Source of the DNA: Acutalibacteraceae bacterium
Lineage (GTDB): Bacteria > Bacillota > Clostridia > Oscillospirales > Acutalibacteraceae
Reading direction: 5' to 3'
Assembly (NCBI GenBank): GCA_045221175.1
Contig: JBGUWM010000172.1
Location: 15,455-79,454 of the forward strand
DNA length: 64,000 nt
The translations under genes were made by a program, and so were the position numbers. Within the stretch, counting starts at the first letter, position 1, and each line of letters opens with the position of its first letter. Below are positions 55,754-64,000 of the stretch, in pieces. Under the pieces are notes generated by a model. That model did not search any database, was not told where the DNA came from, and worked only from the letters and a program-made list of their open reading frames with translations.

Positions 55754-56893
55754 TTATTTTTTGGTATTTTTTCTGGATTTTCTGATAACCACAGCCGCAA
55801 TGATGATAACCAGCAGAATCACGGCAGAGGCACAGACAATAATGATGATTGGCTGATTGTTATTCTCCGTCTTTTTTTCTGCCTGCGATGCAGCGGAAGC
55901 CTCGGACTGGTTTTCCTGAGATTCGGCGCTGCTTTCCTGCTCCGGTGCAGACATATTCTGAATGTCCGGATTGTCAATATGCTCCTTCAAAATATCTCTT
56001 GTTTCGCTGTCCATTTCAACGGCAGCAAATTGTTGTACGTTTCCGTTATACTTTACCTCCTTCAGTGCGTCACAGCCATAGAAGGCGTCTGCGCCGATGG
56101 TGGTAACGGCAGATTCCAGATTGATGACGGAAAGGTTTTCGCATTCAAAGAAGGCTTCTTCGCCGATTGATGTTAACGAGGCAGGCAAGGTTACAGTATT
56201 CAGGCCTTTACAGCCGGAAAAAGTACAGTCGTTGATCACTTCCACACCCTCCGGCAGACTGATCTCCTGCAGTGAGGAACAATCTGCAAAGGCGTTTTCA
56301 CTGATGCGCCGGATACTGTCGGGCAGCGTTACTTTTTTGACGCCGCCGCATTCATACATAGCGCTCTCGCCGATCATCTCCACACCCTGTGGAACTGCTA
56401 CCTCTTCGCCGTCACCATAGTAACCGAAAAAGCCTGTTTTTACCACTGACAAGCCGTTTTCGTCCACAAGACTTTCACAGCCGGTGAAGGAATTGACGGC
56501 AATTGTTACCTTGTCGGCTTGTACGTCAACCTTTGTCAGATTTTTGCAGTAATAGAATGCATATTCACCGATATTGGTGACCTGCGGTGGAATTTCTACC
56601 GTTTTTATCCGCAGTGAATGAGAAAAAACGCCGCTTCCGATGCTGGAAACAGTTTTTTTGTCGAGCTCCGAGGGAATGATGACGTCTTCTTTGTCTCCCA
56701 GATATTTATTCAGCTCGATTGTGCCGTCCTCCAGAACGGTATAATCATAGGCGCTGCGGCTGGAACCTTCTGCATAAGCTGTCAGCGGTATCTGACAAAA
56801 TACGCCTGTTCCTGTCACCGCCGTGCCAAGTATACATAAAGCAACGGCGGCTGCTTTTCCTTTTTTGATGATAGATTTCTCCGGTTTTTTCAT
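55754..56893 (-). CDS. BspA-type leucine-rich-repeat surface protein with C-terminal membrane anchor
   Basis: 379 aa with a signal peptide, repeated IGE.AF..C..L..V.LP units, a Ser/Glu/Gln-rich stalk, and a C-terminal TM plus RKSRKNTKK. Confidence 0.65.
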   Translation of the reverse strand: MKKPEKSIIKKGKAAAVALCILGTAVTGTGVFCQIPLTAYAEGSSRSAYDYTVLEDGTIELNKYLGDKEDVIIPSELDKKTVSSIGSGVFSHSLRIKTVEIPPQVTNIGEYAFYYCKNLTKVDVQADKVTIAVNSFTGCESLVDENGLSVVKTGFFGYYGDGEEVAVPQGVEMIGESAMYECGGVKKVTLPDSIRRISENAFADCSSLQEISLPEGVEVINDCTFSGCKGLNTVTLPASLTSIGEEAFFECENLSVINLESAVTTIGADAFYGCDALKEVKYNGNVQQFAAVEMDSETRDILKEHIDNPDIQNMSAPEQESSAESQENQSEASAASQAEKKTENNNQPIIIIVCASAVILLVIIIAAVVIRKSRKNTKK

Positions 56894-56985
56894 ACTGCTG
56901 CCTCCTTAGCCTGTTGATACTATTATATTAACAGAACTATTCAACAATTTCAACGGCTATTTGTTAAAAACTATGCAAATTTCTA

Positions 56986-57693
56986 CTATTCTGTCAAATC
57001 TCTTACTACCTTTGAGGCTATCAGCAAACCTGCGGCAGACGGTACAAAGGCGATGCTTGCCGGAATGTTTTTCCCGGTTTCGGAATCTTTCTGCTGCAGG
57101 GCAGGGATTCGGGGTTCTTCTTTGGAATAAACTACCGTCAAGTGTCTGACGCCTCTTGCACGAAGTTCATGGCGCATGACTCTTGCCAGAGGGCAGACAG
57201 AGGTTTTATAGATATCGGCAATTTCAAAGGCGGAAGGATCCAGCTTGTTGCCTGCGCCCATGGAAGAAATGATGGGAACGCCTGCCTTTTGTGCCTGCAG
57301 TACCAGTTCGATTTTCGCACTTACCGTATCGACAGCGTCCACCACATAATCATAAACGCTGAAGTCGAAACGGTCTGCCGTTTCCGGCGTATAAAAAAGC
57401 GGATATTCATTAACCGCTATGGCAGGATTGATGTCCTTTGCACGCTCTGCTGCCGCCTGTGTTTTCAGCTTGCCGACGGTCGATGTCAGGGCAATAATCT
57501 GCCGGTTGATGTTTGATAGGCTGACAACGTCACGGTCGATCAGGTCCAGCGTTCCGACGCCGCTCCGTGCGAGCGCTTCCACTACGTAACCGCCGACGCC
57601 GCCCACTCCGAACACCGCAACTCTTGCCTGTGCCAGCCGTTCCATCGCCTGCTTTCCCAGCAGCAGCTCTGTTCTGGAGAATCTTTCATTCAT
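56986..57693 (-). CDS. tcdA: tRNA threonylcarbamoyladenosine dehydratase (ThiF/E1-like)
   Basis: 235 aa with FSRTELLLG..A.E.L....V.VFGVGGVGGY..EALARSGVG.L.LID.D.V..SN.NRQ, typical of TcdA/CsdL. Confidence 0.8.
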   Translation of the reverse strand: MNERFSRTELLLGKQAMERLAQARVAVFGVGGVGGYVVEALARSGVGTLDLIDRDVVSLSNINRQIIALTSTVGKLKTQAAAERAKDINPAIAVNEYPLFYTPETADRFDFSVYDYVVDAVDTVSAKIELVLQAQKAGVPIISSMGAGNKLDPSAFEIADIYKTSVCPLARVMRHELRARGVRHLTVVYSKEEPRIPALQQKDSETGKNIPASIAFVPSAAGLLIASKVVRDLTE

Positions 57694-57869
57694 GTCTTTT
57701 GCTCCTCTCGGTGTTTTTGTCAGGATTATTATACACTTTTTTCAACGGTTTGTCTAACTTGCTTTCCGACATAATCAATAAAAATAATCTCTTCAATTCG
57801 TTGACTTTTATAATGCATTGCGGTAAAATATAAGTTGTATAACTGTTTTCAAAAGAAGGTAGATAGTGT

Positions 57870-58403
57870 ATGAAGTGGAAAAAATTATTGGTTGATCATA
57901 CCAGCCATACAGGCATACAGTTTTTTCGCAGCCTGATCGTCGGCGGCATTGCTACCGTAGTGGATATGCTGGTTATGATTCTGATCAGAGAGCTGTTCCA
58001 TGCTCCCGAAAGCGTCGGAGTAGTTTTCGGTTTTATCGTCGGACTGGCTGTCAACTATATTGTTTCTACCTTCTGGGTATTTTCTAAAGCAAAGGTCAAA
58101 AACCGTATTGTCGATTTTATCGGCTTTGCCGTTATCGGCATTATCGGTCTGGGGCTTACTCATCTGATTGTCGAGCCGTTTTCCGTTCAGGGTATGTTCG
58201 GTACCGGCTTTTTCGTTGCCAATCAAAGCTTCGGCAGCCTTCTGCCGACGGACAAATACTATATCGTCGGTAAGGCTCTTGCGGTAGTGATCGTCTATAT
58301 GTGGAACTTCTTTGCCAGAAAATTCATTTTGTATCGTAAGGCGGAAGAAAAAGACGAGGCTGCAGACAATCAGCAGAAAAGCAATCATACGGAGGAAAAT
58401 TAA
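57870..58403 (+). CDS. GtrA-family membrane protein
   Basis: 177 aa with four predicted helices and a GtrA-like N-terminal segment [15 protein letters not shown]. Its stop overlaps the next start (TAATG). Confidence 0.6.
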   Translation: MKWKKLLVDHTSHTGIQFFRSLIVGGIATVVDMLVMILIRELFHAPESVGVVFGFIVGLAVNYIVSTFWVFSKAKVKNRIVDFIGFAVIGIIGLGLTHLIVEPFSVQGMFGTGFFVANQSFGSLLPTDKYYIVGKALAVVIVYMWNFFARKFILYRKAEEKDEAADNQQKSNHTEEN

Positions 58404-59965
58404 TGAAAAAAATTGTCATCATCGGCGCAGGTCCGGCAGGACTGACCGCAGCCAATGAATTGCTGAAAAACAATACAGAACCTTATGAGATAGTGATTCT
58501 GGAAGAAACGCAGGTTATCGGCGGTATTTCACAGACCGTCCGCTACAACGGCAACCGTATGGATATCGGCGGTCACCGCTTTTTTTCAAAGAGCGACGAG
58601 ATTATGAACTGGTGGCAGGAGCTGATGCCCCTGCAGGGTAAGGACGCCTTTGACGACAAGCTGCTCGGCAGAGAAAAGCCTCTTTCACAGAACGGACCCG
58701 ACCCGGAAAGTGAAGACGTGGTTATGCTGGTGCGTGACAGAGTATCAAGAATTTACTACCGGAAGCATTTCTTTGACTATCCTGTGACCATGTCTGCTTC
58801 TACCATAAAAAACATGGGCTTTTTAACTACTGTGGCGGCGGGTTTCAGCTATCTGAAGGCTGCCGTGTTCAAAAAGCCCGAAACTTCTTTGGAAAACTTC
58901 TATATCAATCGTTTTGGCAAAAAGCTTTACAGTATGTTTTTCGAAGGATATACCGAAAAGCTGTGGGGCAGACACCCCAGTGATATTTCCGCCGACTGGG
59001 GATCTCAGCGTGTAAAAGGATTGTCTATCCGTGCCGTGTTGAAAGATATGTTTTCCAAGCTCTTCGGCGGAAAAAAGAAAAAGAAAAACGTGGAAACCTC
59101 ACTCATCGAACAGTTCTGGTATCCGAAATACGGTCCCGGTCAGCTTTGGGAGCTGGCTGCCGACAGAGCTGTTGAAAAGGGCGCCAAGCTTCTGAAGGGC
59201 TATCGTGTCAAAAATATCGTTTGCCGGGACGGGAAGGTTACTTCTGTCATCTGCGACACCGCCGATGGCGAAAAGACTGTTTCAGGTGATATTTTCATTT
59301 CGTCAATGCCCGTAAAGGATCTGGTATGCGGCATAACGGGGGACGAGCTTTCCAGAGAGATTCAAGATATTGCAGAAGGTCTGCCTTATCGTGATTTTGT
59401 TACCGTCGGACTGCTTGTGAACCGCCTTGATCTTGAAAACCAAACCAAAATCAAAACGCTGGGCAATATTGTTCCCGACTGCTGGATCTATGTGCAGGAA
59501 ACGAATGTCAAGCTGGGCAGAATCCAGATTTTCAACAACTGGTCGCCTTATATGGTAAAAGATCCCGAGCACACGGTGTGGATCGGTCTGGAATACTTCT
59601 GCTCCGAAGGCGATGAATTCTGGAACCTGAGCGATGACGAATGCATTGAGCTTGCCATCAGAGAGCTTGAGAGCATGGGGGTTATCAATGCTGATGAGGT
59701 ACTGGACAGTCACCGTGAAAAAATCAAAAAAGCCTATCCTGCATACTTTGATACCTATGCTTACATGGACAGACTGGTAGAGTTTCTTGACCATTATGAG
59801 AATCTTTATTGTGTCGGAAGAAACGGTCAGCACCGTTACAACAATATGGATCATTCCATGCTTACGGCCATTCGTGCTGCACAGGCAATCAAAGAGGGCG
59901 TTACCGATAAGCATGATATCTGGAATGTCAATACGGAAAAAGAATATCATGAAACAAAAAAGTAA
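58403..59965 (+). CDS. NAD(P)/FAD-dependent oxidoreductase (amine-oxidase / UDP-galactopyranose-mutase-like fold)
   Basis: 520 aa with an N-terminal dinucleotide-binding motif [16 protein letters not shown] and a C-terminal [12 protein letters not shown] motif. Confidence 0.65.
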   Translation: MKKIVIIGAGPAGLTAANELLKNNTEPYEIVILEETQVIGGISQTVRYNGNRMDIGGHRFFSKSDEIMNWWQELMPLQGKDAFDDKLLGREKPLSQNGPDPESEDVVMLVRDRVSRIYYRKHFFDYPVTMSASTIKNMGFLTTVAAGFSYLKAAVFKKPETSLENFYINRFGKKLYSMFFEGYTEKLWGRHPSDISADWGSQRVKGLSIRAVLKDMFSKLFGGKKKKKNVETSLIEQFWYPKYGPGQLWELAADRAVEKGAKLLKGYRVKNIVCRDGKVTSVICDTADGEKTVSGDIFISSMPVKDLVCGITGDELSREIQDIAEGLPYRDFVTVGLLVNRLDLENQTKIKTLGNIVPDCWIYVQETNVKLGRIQIFNNWSPYMVKDPEHTVWIGLEYFCSEGDEFWNLSDDECIELAIRELESMGVINADEVLDSHREKIKKAYPAYFDTYAYMDRLVEFLDHYENLYCVGRNGQHRYNNMDHSMLTAIRAAQAIKEGVTDKHDIWNVNTEKEYHETKK

Positions 59966-60054
59966 CAGTGTTCCCTGAGAGCTTTCTGATCATCAACACA
60001 AAGGAATAAACCCTGAAAGCTTGCCGGACAATAAATGCAAAGGAATATATCATC

Positions 60055-61791
60055 ATGAACAATACAACTGCAAACAACACAGGGATCAAAAAATCCCTGT
60101 GTTCGGGTTTTTTTGAGCAGCTTTATGCTCACCCTGTTATTACTGCCGCACTGACCAGTCTGATTTGTCTGCCGATGAATAACGGAGGTATCCGCTGGTC
60201 CGCTCTGCTGCTGGTAGCTTTTTGTATCATGGCACTGGGCGTACTTGCTGCTGTATATACAAAGAAGCTCTATACCGGACAAAAAGGCGTTCGTCATGCT
60301 GTTATTCTTTCGGTATCAGCCGTTTTTGCCGCAGCTTTGTTTATCAGCGGTTCCTTAACAGGAGGCGGCTATGCGCTGACGGTTATGAACGGCGGACTTG
60401 CCGTATGTATTGCTGCTTTTTTCTATCTGCTCGCAGCAGACAAGCTTACCGCAAGAAACATTATCCTTTTACTGTTTGCCGGCGGTTTTATCATGCGTGT
60501 TTCCTATATCCTGATGATGAGTGCCGGCATGATTCAGCATGACGTTTATTCTCTCGGAGAAGAAGCAGGTCATGCAGGCTATATTGAGTATCTTTATGCT
60601 AACGGCCATCTTCCGGATTTTGATGTCCGCACCATTGACCAGTTCTATCACCCGCCGGTTCATCATATTATCGCAGCTCTCTGGATGAGAATACAGACCC
60701 TGATCGGCATCGACTATGCAGAGGCGTACGAGAATATTCAAATACTCACGCTGTTTTATTCCACCCTTTGTCTGATTCTCTCTTACAAGATTTTCAAACG
60801 GCTGGGACTTTCCGGAAGCGGTCTGTCGGCAGCAACTGCTGTTGTTGCCTTTTGTCCGACCTTTTATATCATGTCGGGCAGCCTCAACAACGATATACTT
60901 TCCATCACTTTTATGCTGGGGGCCGTACTGAATACACTGTATTGGTATAAAAGCCGCAGTATGGGTCGTATTGTATGCATTGCGCTGTGCGTGGGATTTG
61001 GCATGATTACAAAACTGTCTGTCTGGATGGTTGCTCCTGCCATTGCTTTTGTGTTCATCTATGTTTTCTTTAAGAATCTGAAAGAATTCAAAAAATATAT
61101 TTTTCAGTTTTCTGTCTTTATCTGCATCTGCGCTCCCATCGGTCTGTTCTGGTCGGTAAGGAATTTCCTGCGCTGGCATATCCCTTTTACTTTCGTTCAG
61201 CGTCTTTCGGAAAACTCTGCCCAGTACATCGGTAATATTCCGATGACCACAAGACTGTTTGACTTCAGTGCCTATCAGTTTGCAGACGTTGCCCCGCAGT
61301 TTTCCGCATACACGGGATCTTATAACGAGTTCAACCCTCTGATAGGCTTTTTCAAGACCTCCGTTTTTGACGAAGGTATCGCCGTGCGCCGCTTCCCGAA
61401 AATCTTCGGATTCAGTCATCTTCTGTTTTTTGCGGCTGTAGTGCTTGGACTTGTTGCCTTTGGCGCAATGATTTATCTTATTTTCCGAAAATCCAGAACA
61501 CCTGACGTAATACAAAAATGCTTTATTTTCCTGCTTTACGGAGTGATTTTCGGAATGTACATCGGTTTCTGCTTTGATTTCCCTCACGTATGCACCATGA
61601 ACGTGCGCTATGGCGTACCGCTGATCGTGATCGGCGCTCTTTCGGTGGGATATCTGGTGCATGACCTGTTCAAAAGCACAAAGAGGACCGCTAAAATTTT
61701 CGGCGTGGTACTTTCCTGTCTGATCGGCGTTTATGCGCTTTCAGGCTTTATGGTATATCATATTGTTGCCGAATCGCTGATTCGTTTTTAA
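60055..61791 (+). CDS. polytopic GT-C-type membrane glycosyltransferase (ArnT/PMT, GT39-like)
   Basis: 578 aa with more than 10 hydrophobic helices and a loop with DVYSLGEEAGHAGY near the first periplasmic loop. It sits in a GtrA-oxidoreductase context. Confidence 0.5.
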   Translation: MNNTTANNTGIKKSLCSGFFEQLYAHPVITAALTSLICLPMNNGGIRWSALLLVAFCIMALGVLAAVYTKKLYTGQKGVRHAVILSVSAVFAAALFISGSLTGGGYALTVMNGGLAVCIAAFFYLLAADKLTARNIILLLFAGGFIMRVSYILMMSAGMIQHDVYSLGEEAGHAGYIEYLYANGHLPDFDVRTIDQFYHPPVHHIIAALWMRIQTLIGIDYAEAYENIQILTLFYSTLCLILSYKIFKRLGLSGSGLSAATAVVAFCPTFYIMSGSLNNDILSITFMLGAVLNTLYWYKSRSMGRIVCIALCVGFGMITKLSVWMVAPAIAFVFIYVFFKNLKEFKKYIFQFSVFICICAPIGLFWSVRNFLRWHIPFTFVQRLSENSAQYIGNIPMTTRLFDFSAYQFADVAPQFSAYTGSYNEFNPLIGFFKTSVFDEGIAVRRFPKIFGFSHLLFFAAVVLGLVAFGAMIYLIFRKSRTPDVIQKCFIFLLYGVIFGMYIGFCFDFPHVCTMNVRYGVPLIVIGALSVGYLVHDLFKSTKRTAKIFGVVLSCLIGVYALSGFMVYHIVAESLIRF

Positions 61792-61811
61792 GTTCTGAAA
61801 GGAAGACCATT

Positions 61812-62405
61812 ATGTTTTTTAAGAAAAAAGAATCCCTCGGCGGGGCAGAGTTCATTATTGCCGGTCTGGGCAACCCCGACAGGAAATACGACAACACAAG
61901 ACACAATGCCGGCTTTATCACGGTTGAAGCTATTGCAGACAGCCTGAATGCCCGCATTGACCGCATCAAATACAAGTCACTTTGTACGACTGTGACGATC
62001 AGCGGCAAAAAGGTGCTGCTGATGAAGCCCTCCACCTATATGAACCTCAGCGGTCAGGCGGTTACGGAGGCTATGCGCTTTTTTAAGATCCCTCCCGAAA
62101 AAACCCTGATCATTCTGGACGATATTTCTCTTGACGTGGGAAAGCTCCGTATTCGCAGAAAAGGCAGTGACGGCGGTCACAACGGCATGAAAAACATCAT
62201 CTATCTTTCCGGCAGCGATCAGTTTCCCCGTATCAAAATCGGCGTAGGCAAAAAACCCGAAAAGTGGGATCTGGCAGATTGGGTGCTGAGCGCCTTTACC
62301 GACACGGAACAAAAAGAACTGAACACTGCTGTTGATAACGCCTGTCGGGCAGCCGAGCTGATTGTTGCAGGAGAAACCGACAAAGCGATGAATCTTTTTA
62401 ACTGA
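61812..62405 (+). CDS. pth: peptidyl-tRNA hydrolase
   Basis: 197 aa with GLGNPDRKYDNTRHNAGF and GSDGGHNG motifs. Confidence 0.95.
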   Translation: MFFKKKESLGGAEFIIAGLGNPDRKYDNTRHNAGFITVEAIADSLNARIDRIKYKSLCTTVTISGKKVLLMKPSTYMNLSGQAVTEAMRFFKIPPEKTLIILDDISLDVGKLRIRRKGSDGGHNGMKNIIYLSGSDQFPRIKIGVGKKPEKWDLADWVLSAFTDTEQKELNTAVDNACRAAELIVAGETDKAMNLFN

Positions 62406-62417
62406 GGTCATGTACCT

Positions 62418-64000
62418 ATGAAATTTCTGAACAATATTCTGAGCCGTCTGAGTGAATATCAGCAGCTCCTTCAAGCTATTCAAAACAACAGACTGCCTGC
62501 CATGGCAACCGGACTTTCTGCGATTCACAAGGCGCACCTGATCCATACGCTGTGTGCCGAAACACACCAGAAAGCGCTGGTTATTGCCGGCGATGAAACA
62601 GAAGCCGCAAAGCTCTGCTCCGACCTGAACGCCATGGGTACAAGGGCAGTCTTTTATCCTGCCAGAGATTTTACCTTTCGTGAAGTAACGGGAGTGTCCA
62701 GAGAGTTTGAGCACCAGCGTATCGGTGCGCTGTTTGCGTATTCTACCGATGCTGCAAGCGTCATGGTTTGTTGTGCGGACGCTGCAGTACAGTATACGAT
62801 TCCCGAAGCAGTGCTTTTCAACGCAACGATTACGGTAAAAGAAGGAACGGTAATTTCTATAGCCGACATGACCGATGCTCTTTTGGCAGAAGGATATGTC
62901 CGTGTAGAGCAGGTGGACGGCACCGGTCAGTTTGCCGTAAGAGGCGGTATTCTTGATTTCTTTATGCCGGGGACTGCTCAGCCCTGCCGTGTTGAATTCT
63001 GGGGAGATGAAATCGACACCATCTCAGCCTTTGACATTGAAACACAGCGTCGTACCGAGCGGCTGAAAAGCTTTGTGATAACACCTTCTGGAGAAATGAT
63101 TTTTCACAGTGCCGATGAACTGGCGGACAGAATTGAAGCCAAAGCAAAAACACTGCGTGGGAAAACTGCTGCAAAGGCAAAGGAAGTACTGCTGAAAGAG
63201 GCAGAAATGCTGAGAAGCGGCGGAAGATTGTCTTCTGTCGATAAGTTTTACAGCCTGATCTATGAAAAGCCGGCGGATATTTTTGATTATATCGGTAAAA
63301 ATGACTTTGTATTTCTTTCGGAACAGACGAAGATTCTTGAAAGAATGAAAGGTACGCAGTGGCAGTGGAGTGAGGATATCAAGGATTATCTGGCGGAAGG
63401 CATATTGTGCAAGGGGCTGGACTGTTTTTCTGGTGACAAAATATCGTTGCTGCACAGCGTATCACTGCACCGTGCTGTTCTGATAGAAAACTATACCCGT
63501 GGTACCAGTGAACTGCCGCTGAAAACATTGATCAATTTTAATATCCGGCAGTTATCTCCCTGGAGCGGCTCACTCGGCGTCCTTTGTGATGATCTGGAAA
63601 GCCTTGCCGCAGACAATAAGACCTGTATTATACTGGCAGGAACAGAGAAGTCTGCCGAAAACCTTTTCAAAGATCTGACCGAGCGTGGTTATCGCACAGC
63701 ATTTCTCAAAAATGACGACGAGCTGGGCGGCAGCGGCGTCTATATTGCCTGCGGAAGCTTTTCGGCAGGCTTTGAATACTATCAGGCAGGCATTTCCCTG
63801 ATCTCGCACGTTCAGATTACGGAGCAACGAAACAAAAAGAAGCCGAAGCGCAGCAAAAGCAAGGCGATATTCAGCCTGTCGGAATTGTCAGTGGGCGATT
63901 ATGTGGTACACAGCATTCACGGTATCGGACTGTTTGAAGGCATTCACAAGATGGAAATTGACGGTATTCTCAAGGATTACATCAAGATCAGATATGCCAG
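62418..64000 (+). CDS. mfd: transcription-repair coupling factor (5' partial, continues beyond the window)
   Basis: Open frame from the ATG at 62418 to the window end. It is not in the ORF track because no stop is reached. It has the UvrB-homology-like N-terminus and the end of the window reaches the VGDYVVHSIHGIG (CarD/TRCF) motif. The pth-mfd order is conserved. Confidence 0.85.
   Translation, partial: MKFLNNILSRLSEYQQLLQAIQNNRLPAMATGLSAIHKAHLIHTLCAETHQKALVIAGDETEAAKLCSDLNAMGTRAVFYPARDFTFREVTGVSREFEHQRIGALFAYSTDAASVMVCCADAAVQYTIPEAVLFNATITVKEGTVISIADMTDALLAEGYVRVEQVDGTGQFAVRGGILDFFMPGTAQPCRVEFWGDEIDTISAFDIETQRRTERLKSFVITPSGEMIFHSADELADRIEAKAKTLRGKTAAKAKEVLLKEAEMLRSGGRLSSVDKFYSLIYEKPADIFDYIGKNDFVFLSEQTKILERMKGTQWQWSEDIKDYLAEGILCKGLDCFSGDKISLLHSVSLHRAVLIENYTRGTSELPLKTLINFNIRQLSPWSGSLGVLCDDLESLAADNKTCIILAGTEKSAENLFKDLTERGYRTAFLKNDDELGGSGVYIACGSFSAGFEYYQAGISLISHVQITEQRNKKKPKRSKSKAIFSLSELSVGDYVVHSIHGIGLFEGIHKMEIDGILKDYIKIRYA

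Overview
This window reads as ordinary chromosome from a spore-forming Clostridia-class Firmicute. An Oscillospiraceae/Ruminococcaceae-like origin is only a guess from gene content and style. I support about 55 protein-coding genes, and I found no rRNA, tRNA, CRISPR array, transposase or integrase by eye. Housekeeping and metabolism genes: a four-gene operon with overlapping stop/start codons (two M42 peptidases, a GNAT protein, a YnbB-like PLP enzyme), murD, an MGDG-synthase-type glycosyltransferase, a Na/Pi cotransporter, hisS-aspS, metA, zapA, glgP, a P-type Ca-ATPase-like pump, an NhaC-family antiporter, an NCS2 purine permease, a GNAT, ilvBN, lgt, tcdA, pth and the 5' part of mfd. Accessory content: a spore-germination locus (two Csp-type subtilisins plus a SleC-like cortex hydrolase); a 1488-aa surface pullulanase with five C-terminal about 95-aa repeats; two BspA-type LRR surface proteins; two tandem paralogous lipoproteins; and a GtrA / FAD-oxidoreductase / GT-C membrane glycosyltransferase trio. 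The most unusual region is a 10.7-kb, tightly coupled, single-strand phage-derived operon (40169-50881). It encodes a complete head module and a Mu/PBSX-type baseplate module. It has no tail sheath, tape measure, fibres, lysis, integration or replication genes, and a strong intrinsic terminator sits just upstream of terS. Several non-coding structures are not explained by the genes. These are a 78-nt GC-rich three-hairpin repeat family (4 copies, with compensatory changes), a 3 x 69-bp tandem repeat, a 166-nt GC-rich element closed by a 14-bp helix in the murD leader, a 200-bp-offset duplication of the aspS 3' end plus its terminator, and two short A-rich/GGC-type repeat arrays. All functional calls come from reading the translated ORFs against remembered family features. 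No database search was run.
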